A DNA stretch of 63,329 bases, counting the filler, from Perkinsus chesapeaki ATCC PRA-425 (Eukaryota; Protista; Perkinsozoa), in NCBI GenBank assembly GCA_013115145.1. It is 9 parts of 9 records of this genome, joined end to end, with 100 filler letters (N's around TTAATTAATTAA, not from the genome) between each part and the next. Parts side by side here need not be neighbours in the genome. Positions count along the whole stretch, not along the records: positions 36,588 to 46,790 come from JAAPAO010000900.1; positions 46,891 to 49,527 come from JAAPAO010001556.1; 7 more parts are not named here. One strand, 5' to 3'. Made by a program: the position numbers and the translations under genes. This document shows positions 36,979 to 49,627 of the stretch, piece after piece (the stretch's first letter is position 1; each line of letters starts with the position of its first letter). Below the pieces are notes generated by a model. It made no database searches, was not told where the DNA came from, and worked only from the letters and a program-made list of their open reading frames with translations.

Positions 36979-38129
36979 TAATAAGGTATGCAAAATCCCC
37001 ATTAATAACGAGTAGAAATGCTTTCCTTATCAAGTTTTCCCCTAGTGTCTTTGACTCACGTCATTTTCTAACGAGCCTTCTGTCATTCTGACCATTTCTC
37101 ACATTATCAATAAAGTTTTAGTTTTGTTGATTAATATCTGGTAAAAAATTCATCTGTTGGGACGCCCTCCTCAATTTTCGTCATGTAACTAGTTCGTACC
37201 ACTCATAAGGAGCGGTCGACGGCTGCGCTTCAATCCTTCTGATGGATTCTCCTTCTTATCCAGCTGGACAGTATCCTTGAGTAAAATAACAAGCGTAAAT
37301 CGAGGGGCCTCCTGAGTTGCCTCAACAAACATAAGACGTCACTGTCTTGTATGTATGTGCGAATGTCTGGGCGGCAAAGGACTCCGGCAGCTTGGATGGC
37401 TAACCCACTAAAGGGGTGGGTGAGCGGATGAACACGGTGTGCCATCTCACCTCGTACCACCGAAATTCGGTCCTCATTGAAGTGATCCACATAAAGCTCA
37501 TCGTGTTGAAAAAGGATAATCCTTTAATCGTAATTGCGAAATAAATTCCAAGCGCATGATTCGCGATAGCGCCATCAAAACGCGTAAAATGTTATAACAA
37601 CTGGCCTGACATTTCCCAACCCTACCCTGTGGCAAGCGTATCCCGTCTATTGACATTTGCTTCTTTCAGCTGGATCTTGGGAGCAGTTCCTCATTAAGCA
37701 GTTAAATAAAACAAACCGCTCATCGGAGTTTTCTATCTCGCCCATCTAAAGGCGCAAGTTCTATCCCCGCGTATGGCATTTTTCTTTTTCATAAATTATG
37801 CTTACAGGCCAAATTGAGTATTTTGAATCTTATCTTTTAACATATTAATAATTCCAAGTTGATGTAGCGTGGGTTACCCACCTTTGTGCTTTGTCTTACA
37901 TCCAAGTGGACCTGCTCCCGATCGTTGGCAAATCATATGTTAAGGGCATCAATACTATGCCCTCTTGAGCTCAGGAAAGCGCACCTGGCAGAAAGATTCT
38001 GAGGAGGTTAATTCAAAGGCCTTTCCGTTGAACAGTTTTTATGACAATGCTGCTCCAGCTGCGAACCGGCGAGTGCTGCCTACGATCATCGTCCATTATG
38101 AGCCGGCTTGTATCTACTAGGGGAATGCG

Positions 38130-39100
38130 TAAGAGAAGCTTCTCACCCAGTGCACCTGTCTATTATAGGTGCCCGAGCTCGGCCGTCGGAAGCCTCCCAA
38201 AAGGTATTTACTGTAGACAACCCAGTCACGTCTAAGAACTGGCCACCCAATGTCAAACAAGAGCCTATAACACCAGAGTCAGGGTGACAGTCGGTTGTTA
38301 TTGCCTAAGTCATACTGTAAGGTACTGTAAGACACTTATGGAGCACTTGAAGCTTAAAGAGATAGATGATATGAAAAAGAAACGGACATTTACGGTACTA
38401 TTGTAAGCTGTTCGTGGGCTACTCTTATACGGTTACAGATGCCACGGATAACTCTGGGGGATCTGGTGGAAGTTCGGTATGAAATAAGTCGGAGCAAAAA
38501 GACCTTTGGTACGTTCCAGGTAGGCATGGACTGGCTTCGACAAAGATTGCCACTCACTAAAGGGCTCTCTGAACCTTTATCAACCTTTATAGGGTTATGT
38601 CATTCGAACGGCCAATAAGCTACTGGATAGCACCTTTACATTGAAGAACTCCTACGATGGGATTACTGTGGAGCAGACGGTACTAGCTGGGAAAGGGGAT
38701 TGGGAGCTTCGGATTTACTCTGCACAGTTCCCGCGATACTCGCCTCGATTGCTTGATGTAAGAGTAGTAAAATCTATTGGGTCCTATGAACGGGATAGGC
38801 TTGATCGTCGGCCGCGTAATCGAAATTACAGGTGAGCTGAGCTGTCGGTGCACTGAGTAAGTGCTGGGCTATTAGGTACCAGTGGTGGTACTATAAGAGG
38901 CATATGTACTCGGAGGGTTATCAAATACGATGGCAGGCGATACCACAGAAGTTTGGTACGTCATCGATGACTAGTGGTATTAAGGGGTCTTTGTTAGGTG
39001 TTATGAGTTTAGAGCCCCGGCTTGGGAGAGAATTAGCCCTATTAAGGCGACGCTACAATATGATGAGGCTGGAGGCTGGCCTACCACCGTAAATTGCGTC
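38130..39100 (+). mobile_element. Heavily decayed non-LTR (LINE) reverse transcriptase remnant
   Basis: Degenerate motifs in RT order across frames: SAPV..LP (~38150), CLSH/KVL (~38300), TDA (~38435), KTFGT for KAFDT (~38500), LLGV..L (~38995), EAGLPP (~39070). Many stops and frameshifts. Confidence 0.45.
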
Positions 39101-39649
39101 TTAGGTGGTAACATTGTTGAGAATGAAATAGATACGTATGGGCTGGACCATACCAAATACACCAGAGGCTTTCAAGGGAAGGTAAAGCTGAACAGAACCG
39201 ACGACAGTTGCTTTACGCCTATGATGAACGGCGTAAGAGAGCCCTTAAGAAGAAGCTGCAGCGTATGAAAGTCAAGTAATGCCTTGGGAGAACTTGCCTG
39301 TCTTATGGTTTATGGCTTTGCTGAATGTCAGATGGGGAGTGTATAAGATTGATAAGGAGCCTAGGGTACCGGCAGTGGACAGACTTATGTCCTATCATCC
39401 ACTTACGCCACATAATTTACCCAAATAGAGACTGCGACATGGGACTATGTGTTTCTGAATTTATTCGCTGTTATGTTTAGTCGGTCAATTGGTAGACTGT
39501 GGTAGGGGGTGGCGAATCAACCTTTGCAGAATCTTCCGAGGGTCAACCCAGTGATATTTCTGCACAAAATCTCTGCATATATACTTTAGGCTATTGCCAT
39601 TGTGAAATATCGCCCTTTCCACTCCCTCGTTGGTAGCGGATAATTATCA

Positions 39650-41860
39650 TGCCCGATGCAGCTTTAACAGCTGCTCTAGTACCTCACCACCAAGATAACA
39701 AGTGCTCAATCTTTGACACATCAGTAAGAACATTGTCCAGCGCCCACATTTCAAGCATGGTTTGTAGGACTTGGGCAACGGTGTTGGCTTCCGCGATGCT
39801 GCTTGGATCTCAACAGCATCGGCAAGATCTAGTGCCATGTGAGTGGACAACACGGTCCTCTCGGCAAAGCGTCATTCGAACAGTCATCATGCGTATAAGG
39901 CTGGCTCACATAGCCTTCAGTTAGCTGATGGTGCTACGGCCAAGGCAAACGAGGAGGAAGCTCTAGCGCGAACGATAAGTCATTTACTTGATAGTTATAT
40001 GACAAGTGAGAAACACTCTGCATTCGTAATCACAAAGGTGCTCTCGCACCCTTGATCACGGCAATGCTTGCTTCAGCGAAGTGTCGTCTGTTTGGCGTGC
40101 TCGAGCACAAGCTCCTCATCGCGCGACAAGACGCGTCGCGCGCTGAGAGCGATATGGACCCGAATGGGATAAATAGGAGCCTCAATCTCGCTGGTGAGAC
40201 TCACTTCACAGAAGCTGTGGGTAGTTAAATCAGTCTAGTGTAGCTAAGGATGCGAGTAAAGCCGCCGATGACCTTCATCGCCTGAGGGACTACGAGTTCG
40301 GCCGATTGTCTTCCATTGAGGATTTGTTGCATCGCAGTCGAGAGCTGACAGATAGTGTACGGAGCCCTCGGTTAGGAGTGCACTTATCAAGGCTCAGTTC
40401 TCAGTTAATGCGAATGGTGAGGAAAAGCATATCAGAATCATCGATTGCGGCCAATCTCGTTGGAGTACCGGATTCATCACAAAGCCTACAACGTAACGTT
40501 CTTGCTGGTTACAGCTTTGACTAGCGCGCTGTTGAGGGCTTTGGCAATTTTAGCCAACACGCGGGTGATTCCGTTTGACGTCATGAAGGTGTTCTCCAAG
40601 TGCTGAGAGGACAGCCGCTAGTTGCTCAGAAAACTCGAGCGATAAGTGCGCTCGCAACTGATAGGAAAAATGAGATAACATTGAAGAGTGAATTCGTCGT
40701 GGAGCCGCAGAAGCCGTGGGGTTAGAACATTGTTTAGTGTCAGCAACGGGGGCGAATCTCAACGCGAACGATCGAGTTCTGACAGCCCTGATACACAGTC
40801 GACGTTTAATGGAGGCTGCTGACCATTATCATGCAACGGCTAATGTGAGAATAGCTCCGCGAGAGGATCTCGATTGTGAGTAGGCGATGATACTAGCACA
40901 CAGCCCAGCAGCCAAAGCCTCAGAACAAGCAACCATCGCTGATAGTGTAATGCATGCTAGAACAGTTGCTGTGGAGGACGGTGTACCGGCGAAAGAGCTT
41001 GAAAGAGTCAGAAGGAAGTTCAGTTGGGACGCCAAAAGTGGGAATCTTCAGGCGGAAGCTGCCTTGCGACACGCGGTCGAGTTTGCTAAGATTGGGATAC
41101 ATTCCAAGAGCATCGAGCAAAAAATTCTTCAAGCGATCTACGCCAAGAGCGGCATAAGGTAACGAAGTTCTGCTCCCTCTGGCCTCGGCACAGACCGCTT
41201 AGATACGCAATGAAGGAAGTATCGAATAGCCTTACACTGCAGCAACATTATTCTACAGCGCCAGAGTCCATTGCATCCAAGGCATGCCGACTAGCAGCAG
41301 CTTCGGCACGAGAAGTTCAGCATCTCGCTGAGGAGGCAGACATGGTGACGAATCCATCATTCATCTCCATGGGAGCCACGACTAATCGCCTGAGCGTATC
41401 CAAGGAAAGATAGGACGTCCGGCAGACCTAGTATATACGCTCTTTTATAACCGTTGTAGGCTGTCCTGTACCGATCTTCATTTTGGCTACCACTTGTACC
41501 TCTTTACTGCTCTTCATTTTGGCTACCACTTGTACCTCTTTACTGCTCTTCGTTCTGGCTACCACTTGAACCTCTTTACTGCTCTTCGTTCTGGCTACAC
41601 TTGTACGTCTTTACTGCTCTTCGTTCTGGCTACCACTTGTACCTCTTTACTGCTCTTCGTTCTGGCTACCACTTGTACCTCTTTACTGCGAATTGCTAGC
41701 TCGAGCTCCTTCCTCTCAGCACGCTCGAGATGCTCTTCATGCCCTGGACAAGTATGACGCCATCGGTCTTCAAAAGCACGTGGAATCTCAAATAGCAGCC
41801 GCGACTAAACACCAAAGCTGCAATGGCGTGTGCGTGGCAGGGTTCATTCGTGATGATAAC
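39650..41860 (+). CDS. Probable multi-exon gene, helical protein of unknown function
   Basis: Exon-like blocks such as DASKAADDLHRLRDYEFGRLSSIEDLLHRSRELTDS, KELERVRRKFSWDAKSGNLQAEAALRHAVEFAK and ARDALHALDKYDAIGLQKHVESQI. Exon structure is unresolved. Confidence 0.4.
41476..41689. repeat. 36-bp minisatellite, about 6 copies, probably intronic
   Basis: ggctaccacttgtacctctttactgctcttcgttct at 41485, 41521, 41557, 41593, 41628 and 41664. Confidence 0.92.
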
Positions 41861-43499
41861 TTCTTCAAGTCCAAGAATTCAAGATATGCATTCCTATGAG
41901 ATATTTGTACGCATGCTCATTGTCATATAAGTCCTTAAGCTGTAAACTGCTGCCGCTAGCTCAAAGCTCAGGCATGATTCTAACACCGTTGTTATCACCT
42001 CAGTATCTCGGCACTTCCGGCCCGTTGGGTTGTATTATGGTCGACCCGTCGCTGGTTCGAGTGAAACAGGGTTCATGCCTTTTATAGGGTTCCAACTCTG
42101 TAAGTCCTTCGAATCCTACATAGCTTCTCGACCACCAGAGTGGATTCATCAAATCCACAACCGTGGCAGACACGCTTCGCTACCCAATACTCTGAGCATG
42201 CCGCATTGCTTGTACGTCGGCAATCTGTTTTACTCTCTGCCCTTCCTCCCGAGCGGTGGGGCGCGGGGGCGCGTCAACAGCGATAGCTGTGCGCCGGGGG
42301 CGCACACTACCAGCGGAAGCTCGGCACATCGCTCGGGTGGGCGGGAGGTTATAATGATTAAAACTTAAAATAACTGAAAAGGGGTGACTATCCCGTTGTC
42401 ACCTCTGACCGCGCATTGCAGCACTCACTAGCCGCGCACAGCGCGGACACAAGAGCTGTCTCCGCATGCGGTCGTATGGCCCGAGTAAACTGACCCAACA
42501 AGTTGACCACGATTAGAGCGAGCCAACCACGAGGACGAAATCAAATTTGGATTGAAAATTCAGCGCTCCTTCAGCCCGAGACGCGCTGTAGACAGACTCG
42601 ACCTAGTTTCGAGCTCGGCCGTGGTTCGCGTTCTGACGCTCGAAGGGCGCTGACCGTTCGATCGAATGGCATTACGTTTTCCAGTGTACGATGCCGCCGC
42701 CGCAGCCATAAGTCACTCTGCTCCCTGACCCCCTTATCGGAACTCTGAATTCAATCCTCGAGGCTTCCCCGTGCTGAGTCCAAACATCATTTATAGCGGC
42801 GTCGATGCCGTCGGGGTCACTTCTATAATTGGCTTTATGTTATCTAGTGATCCCCAGAGTGGTCGGCCTGTTGGGGTGATAAGAAGCATCGGACACGGGG
42901 AGACACCAGCTCTTTCAGATCAGTCGAAGAGTGCCACTAGTGATCGACATAGATGATATTCTGTCAGGTTTAGGGAAGGCCACACAGTGTTTGCATAGCT
43001 AACCGCCGAGGGGTTCTAGGTGTTATTAATTCATTTCTAAGAAGCGAGGGGCAAACATAAGGTTTCTGAGTGTAAAAATGAACTTGAAGATGGTGTGCTG
43101 TAAATACGTTGTCCGAACCCGTTGGTTTGACCTGCGTATAGTTAGACACAATGGCGATGCTGCGGCATAGGCATATCTTAGGCGGTATTTATGCACTTGC
43201 GAGGAGCTTTACCTATTTTCACGCTACATGTTTCCACCACCACACTTCCCCACTGTCCACCCCATAGGACTCGCTTCCCCAATGCAGTCACCTTACTTCG
43301 GCGGCCCCAGTGCCTTCCGTGGTGCACCTCTACCCGGCGGACCGTGAGAGCATTTCTATCGATAGGTCTGTGAGATGGTATCTGCCCTTCCGTTCAGAGC
43401 GGGCATCAGAAGCCTCACCCCCACGGGTCTCCGCCTGCCCAGCGATCCTTCGCAGCAGCTCTTCCAAACAAACTCCAATAACGTGCGTTCTATGACACC

Positions 43500-45950
43500 G
43501 CCGCCTAAGCGGGTCGGGAGTGGAGCAGTGATTGTCAGACAGGTCTCGCATGTAGAAGTTGATGATCGATTGATTAAGGATGTGTAGGTGAGCCATCCAG
43601 TCAGCTCCTCCAACGATTTGGCTGGAAGTGGTACGAAGGCGTCAAAGCCACCAGCTCCTAGTGTGAAGGTAAACCAAAGTCGAAGCTGTATTATTGATTT
43701 CACTCTTTACTGACAAGTCTATTCCTGCTCACTTTCTAGCTGGCTTCATTGAGTACACGAAGCAACGCTGCCTCGAACTGTGTAGTCAGTGATATCGTCA
43801 CTCGCTCCTCATTCAGGTTGAGTCGGCCGCCGCAGGAGCAACTGAGCATCCTGAGAAGACAGCTAGCAAGATACTAAAACCACCGTCGATGGATGATGAA
43901 CTGGTAGCCTCAGACCCCTTCTGATCATTAATATCTAACCAACAGGTTAGGAGAGTACGTCGCCTGGCCCAGCGTAGTGCCCAAGCCGCTGTGTCTCGAG
44001 CCTCTTCCAATGATTCCCGACTGAGCCAAGATCATATCGCCAACGGGTAGATGATCGACTAGTCTAATTGGCTCAAATTCGATACATGTTGGTAGATCAA
44101 TGATATCGGCTTCTGCCCAGCCACTACCACCCAAGAGCTACAGCCATGGTGGCTCACCAGCGAGAGCTGACTTGTCTAATAGTCGGGATAGGTCACCTCG
44201 TGTGGGGAACAGATGTACATGCTGTATGTGAGGTTCGTTCTACTCAGCTTTCTTAGCCTCGGTTGGAGCATCGGTACGCGCATCGTTGAACCAGCAGAAG
44301 CAGATAGCAGAACTGAAGGCGCAGAATCAAAAGCTTTCGAGAGATCTGGTGTGGTGGGCCTCGATTCCTCGTCACGCATTTACCAAATTCTCATTTGCGA
44401 AGTGGTGAATCGAACCATTTGATCGCTATCAGTCGAGTCCCTGGGAGACGTGCATTTGACTGAATTCAACAAACAGCCATTGATATTAATGTCTCTCTAG
44501 GGTGGACCATGCGGAATAGATCGGCATTACACCTAGCATCACATTGATACCAGTAGCGACCCTCAATTGCAGGTTAGTGCCCAACAGGAGCTTCGGCAGG
44601 CTAAGTCTAGTATTATGTTGCTTGAAAGGGAGCTCCGTGCAGCTCGAGAAAGAATACAACATGTCGAAGATGACAAGCGAACCCACAGAGTACTTCGTCA
44701 ACCTCGAGCGCCCTAATTCTTTTTGGTTATTCCAGACTCGATCGCGATCACCGGCACTGCAAATGAAAGAACAGAGCAAACTAACCGGCCAAGATGTGCA
44801 CCAAATGCTCATGCAGCAAGTAACAAGTATTCCACCCACTACCCATCTCTCCCCGAGTAGGTAGAAAATGCAGAACACCTTCTTGCGTCCACCACCGCAA
44901 GTGTCGCTGGCGATGGCAGCCCGTCGTCTGGGCTAGCCCCTGACACTTTAAGCGCTGTTGACTTACACAACTCGGCGGAATGGTTGCAAAGGTAAGGGTA
45001 AGACCGCCAGCAGTCGCATTTGCCCTTTCTATTTCCAGCATGGGAATCGCTGCATCCAGTTCTGAACATTCCCTTCCTTTTGTATACCGGAGCTCTGTGA
45101 GGGCCGATGCCATCTTACTTGGCCTCGTGGAGGAGAAGACAGGCTCAATTCTCGGAAGGATCAGTGGTAAGCTCAACCTATCATTTGAAGCCTACTGAGC
45201 TGCACCACGTGCTCATTATAATGCCTTTTTAGGGGTGCTTAGCTCTCTACCGGTCGCTACTCTGCGAGATGCTCCCGAGGAGTTCCTGCAAGACAGCATG
45301 TCGCAGGTGGCAATCCTTGGTGGTAATGGTTGTTGTTATTTTCATTCTACATTTCCTGCAGTCAGGTACAAACGCCACGATGGTGTTATTACTGTACAAT
45401 ATGGGCGAGGAAGGGTCTGGCAGATGGATGTTTGTGGCACACATGGGAGAGGCTAAGGCAGTTCTTGCATATAGGAAAAGCACGCCGGAGAAGGGCGCAT
45501 TTGCGGTGAGCCCAGCGATCACCTTCCAGTGGTAGGCTTCCAGCCTACAATCGCCGTATTGAAGGAGCTGCCAGCAGGCTCCCGCTGTTTGTAGTGCAGG
45601 TAGTTATTATTAGGTTACATGTTTAACCAAAGATCGGCCAGAAGATGGAAGTGTAGCTGTACAAGGATACCAGCTACGCCCAGGTAGCAGGTCGCAGAAG
45701 ACGTGGAACTTCGCAAAGTTAGCCGACGTATAGTGTTCTCCATAATGTAGAGGATGTCCCAAAACTTTTCAAATGAGAGTTTCCAATGGAGTGTTATGTA
45801 TCATAGTGCTAACACCCTTGAGAGTCAATGGTATCGGCTGTTTCTATATAGAATTATTGCTGCTTGCTGGGTGGTACGCAACGGAATTTTCCCGGGTGAC
45901 CTCCGATTCTCGAATCTGGATGTATTATTGATGGCTTCCTGGTGTAGGTA
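43500..45950 (+). CDS. Multi-exon gene(s): coiled-coil segments followed by a PP2C-like fragment
   Basis: QQKQIAELKAQNQKLSRDL and QQELRQAKSSIMLLERELRAARERIQ; then SGTNATMVLL...MFVAHMGEAKAVL (45360-45470), which resembles the PP2C SGTTA...YVAN/HVGDSRAVL block. Confidence 0.45.
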
Positions 45951-46890
45951 CCGATGTTATGTTGATGATCGCGTCCAGTGCAGTGGCTAGTCAAATGACT
46001 AATAAACAAATGGCTTTTCGCCTTCTGCGTGGCGGCCTTTCGACAGTGGAGGAGATAACAAGCAATTCTACAGTAAGATTATGATTCTGCGTGGTGCAAT
46101 TGCGTGCAGGCAAAGGCTCCATGTTCGATGATAGCCATGGACCTCACCGTGTCGGAGTAATGTAGCCCAATAATGCTGCAATCATGCTATCGATGGAGGT
46201 GTCTCTTCCACGTATCTTTGTTTTTGTTTAAAAGTATCTTATCGATATTCCCACGTAGAATACAAGCATCACCAAGAAGTTCCGTACAAATAGCGCATGC
46301 CCCTCACAACGTATAAGACGTGAACATGCTTACTCAACTGAGAGATGATGATGGACACACGAAAGTTACGGAGCAAAGATGAATATACCGATCGGGCTTC
46401 GATATGATTTCGCCCCCTTACAAAGGCCATCTACATTCAAGCAAATACCCCTGCATTGACGGTTTTAATCGCATAGTGCTACGCGTACACACTGTTAGTG
46501 TACACCAATCAGCTGCGCCGCACTGGTTTTGTGATCACACCGGCATTCCTGCATCACGTGCGGAGAGAGAATATTATCTAGCTAGTCAGTGATTTTAACT
46601 CGTCATTCTTTTGCAAACTCTTATCGAAGAGATCTCCCGTGACATTGGTGAGCACGTTTGAAACTGGCTGCGCGGCGCTTTTATCGATTATTGCGGCGTC
46701 CGCTACTCTCTCTTCAGTGTTGTACTAGCAAGTGCCGTGACACAATAGTTGTCCCCCTGTCCCGATTTTCGGTTCTAACACAACTCTGTCNNNNNNNNNN
46801 NNNNNNNNNNNNNNNNNNNNNNNNNNNNNNNNNNTTAATTAATTAANNNNNNNNNNNNNNNNNNNNNNNNNNNNNNNNNNNNNNNNNNNN

Positions 46891-49527
46891 TACTGGCCCA
46901 ACAGACCCTGCTGCTATCCATGAGGAAGTCGTGGAGGTTGAGATGGAGGAGGATAATGATAATGGCCCCAGGTGGTTGATGACCGTTAACAGCGTGGATC
47001 CTATTCGTGGCCTCCCTGAAGACTCTTCAGCGCGTCCCTTGTCCGTTGAGGTTGAGTTTAAATCGTCGACTGTTACAAGTGAGCCATTCCGTGTTAAGGC
47101 CTTGTTGGACACTGGTGCAGCTCGGTCTTTTATTCGTTCATCGGCGAGGGAGCGTGTTCCACCTAGTTGTATTATCGAGTCTAGGACAGTTAAAACGAGT
47201 GTGACGGTGGCCAATGGGTCAGCTATGTTATGTAGTGAAGCTATTTATGTAGTTGTATGTACACCGCATAAGGCTGTTGGTTTGTGGATGCTAGTGGCTG
47301 ATGATTTATCGTGTGATCTTATTCTGGGTATGCAAGCGTTACGTTCGCTGTCGCTGATGGTGTACTTAAGTGATGATGAGATTCTGTTACGAGCAGCATT
47401 GCCTGTTCAAGCTGTAAAAGATGTCGTTTCGAATGTTTTGTTAGAGCAACAGATCCATGTAATTGATTCGCCTGTTGTAGAAACGGGGGTCTCGGAGTCT
47501 AGCCAGTTACTGAATTCGGACGGATTTTTCGAGTTGTGTTCGCCTGATGCTGTTTATAATATTGAGTATCCACTGGAGAGTGATCTGTTAAATGATGTTT
47601 CTTGTCCATCTCGGAGTATCCGAGAGAGTGCATATGATGTTGAGGCTCCTGTGTACGGGGATGAACCTCCCGGAGATATCCAGTCTGGGGGGATTCTAAG
47701 CGAGGCTGATCCTGAGGTAAGTGTGCGTGATGAGCAACCAGTGAGTTTGCCTGACGAAGAATCGACTGTATTCGAGAATCGTACTCTGTTTCGTGGCTTA
47801 ACTCCTTCTTGGCATCATGGTGTTAACGGAGTGGTTAGTATCGCTTTTCGCTATAGCTATGGGGTACCGTGGACTTCATTACAGTTACGAAATGATTTGG
47901 CGAGGTCCTGTTCGTTGCGTAGGAGTTTTGACAAAGATAGTGCTCTTGTTCGACGATTAGAAAAGATGGGATTATTATCTGCATATTCCTCGGTATTTGA
48001 GCGTTATGAAGCTGTTGGTGCCATTGTTCGTTTGAAGCCAGGTGAATACCATCGAGTGTCAAGTATTATCGAGCATTTCCCTGTATTGAACCCCAACTCG
48101 CAGTCGTCACCGGTTCGCCCTGTTCTGAATGGATTACACTACAAAGGAGTTATTGGAAGTGGTCAAGGTTCTCCAGATCGATCTGCATTGGCCCGTAGCA
48201 GGCGCGGGATACTCCCGTCTATCTTCACGTGGCGTGCCTTCCCCTACGTGGCTATCTTGNNNNNNNNNNNNNNNNNNNNNNNNNNNNNNNNNNNNNNNNN
48301 NNNNNNNNNNNNNNNNNNNNNNNNNNNNNNNNNNNNNNNNNNNNNNNNNNNNNNNNTGGATCTTGAATGTGCCTTCTATATGTTAGAAAATGATCCGGCT
48401 AGTCGTTATTGGTTCTGCCTGGTATGGAGAGGTGAAGTTTATCGTTTGCGAGGGCCGCCAATGGGCAGTCCTCATTCCCCAGCATGCTTAAATGATGCTC
48501 TCAGGAGGCTTGTGTCCCTGGCTGAACATAAGCTGCCTGATAATGTGAAGGATGTGATCTCCCATATGAAGGATGATGAGGGGTCTGCGCAGGATTTTTC
48601 GTTGTATGTGTATATGCGACCTTACATGGATGATGTGGTAATTGGCTCTGGTTCCCGTGTGGGTCTTGAGAGCGGCCTAAACGCGTTTCTGGGAGCCTGC
48701 GGTGTTCGTGGGTTCAATTCGCAGGAACGGAAGCGTCAGTTGGGTCCGCCACCACAGGGACAAGAGTCTCATGTGCTAGGGTTAGATTGGCTTTCCAGTG
48801 ATCGTTTGCGTGCTCAGAAAGCTAATTTGCCTCTCCCGCCGATGGTTGTGGCGGAAGTAGAGGGTCGCACTGTTAGCAATGTTACTTGTAGAGATATTTT
48901 GGCTGTCATTAATGCGCATTTTGACCCCATAGGTTCGCATAGTAATTTGTTGTTAGCTATGAGGTACACTCTACGCTCTGAAATTAGTAAGGGCTTAGGG
49001 TGGGATGACTTTGTATCTCTTATCACTTATAGGGAGATTGAACGGTTGATGCAGCTTTTTATTGATGCCCCTACTATACCACGATTGCTAGTAGCATCTC
49101 TCGCTGATTTAGGTATAGTTTACTTGTTCGCTGATTCTAGTATGTACGCTTTTGGTAGTGTACTGTTGACTGTGGGTTTGGTCTTTATTCGAGGCCGTGC
49201 CCGATTGATACCTCCCAGCAGGATGCCATGGAGCATCGTTAGGAAAGAGCTGACAGCGTGCGATGATGTGATGGAATTGTTCACTGAGACTATCGCCCTA
49301 TGGAAAGACACTTGGTTACCGATATCGATCTCTCCGACTCCAATCCTGTACACTGATAGCGAGTGTAACTTCTACCGTATTAGAAGGGAGTTGGAGGCCG
49401 TGAAAGCTGATGGAGTGAGTCATAAAGCTACACTGCAGTTGCCGGCATATGAGCGTAAAACTGTTCAGAGGATAGCGATTACCCTGTATCGTTCTGGTGG
49501 AAACGTCCGGCATATTTCTGGTGCTGT
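46891..49527 (+). mobile_element. BEL/Pao-type LTR retrotransposon pol fragment (protease-RT-RNase H), truncated by contig ends
   Basis: LLDTGAARSFI; EHFPVLNPNSQSSPVRPVLN; DLECAFY; PMGSPHSP; YMDD; LGLDW..D.L; TCRDILAVINAHFDPIG; LFADSS..AFG; RARLIP..SIVRKELTA; YTDS. ORF open apart from the N gap at 48260-48356. Confidence 0.88.
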
Positions 49528-49627
49528 NNNNNNNNNNNNNNNNNNNNNNNNNNNNNNNNNNNNNNNNNNNNTTAATTAATTAANNNNNNNNNNNNNNNNN
49601 NNNNNNNNNNNNNNNNNNNNNNNNNNN

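Noticed and set aside
40306-40524. Nup93-like N-terminus (MSSIEDLLHRSREL)
   Set aside because: It starts at TTG and the frame extends upstream, so it is an internal exon. The similarity is too weak.
41476-41689. CRISPR-like 36-bp repeats
   Set aside because: The units are head-to-tail with no unique spacers, and the context is eukaryotic with no cas genes.
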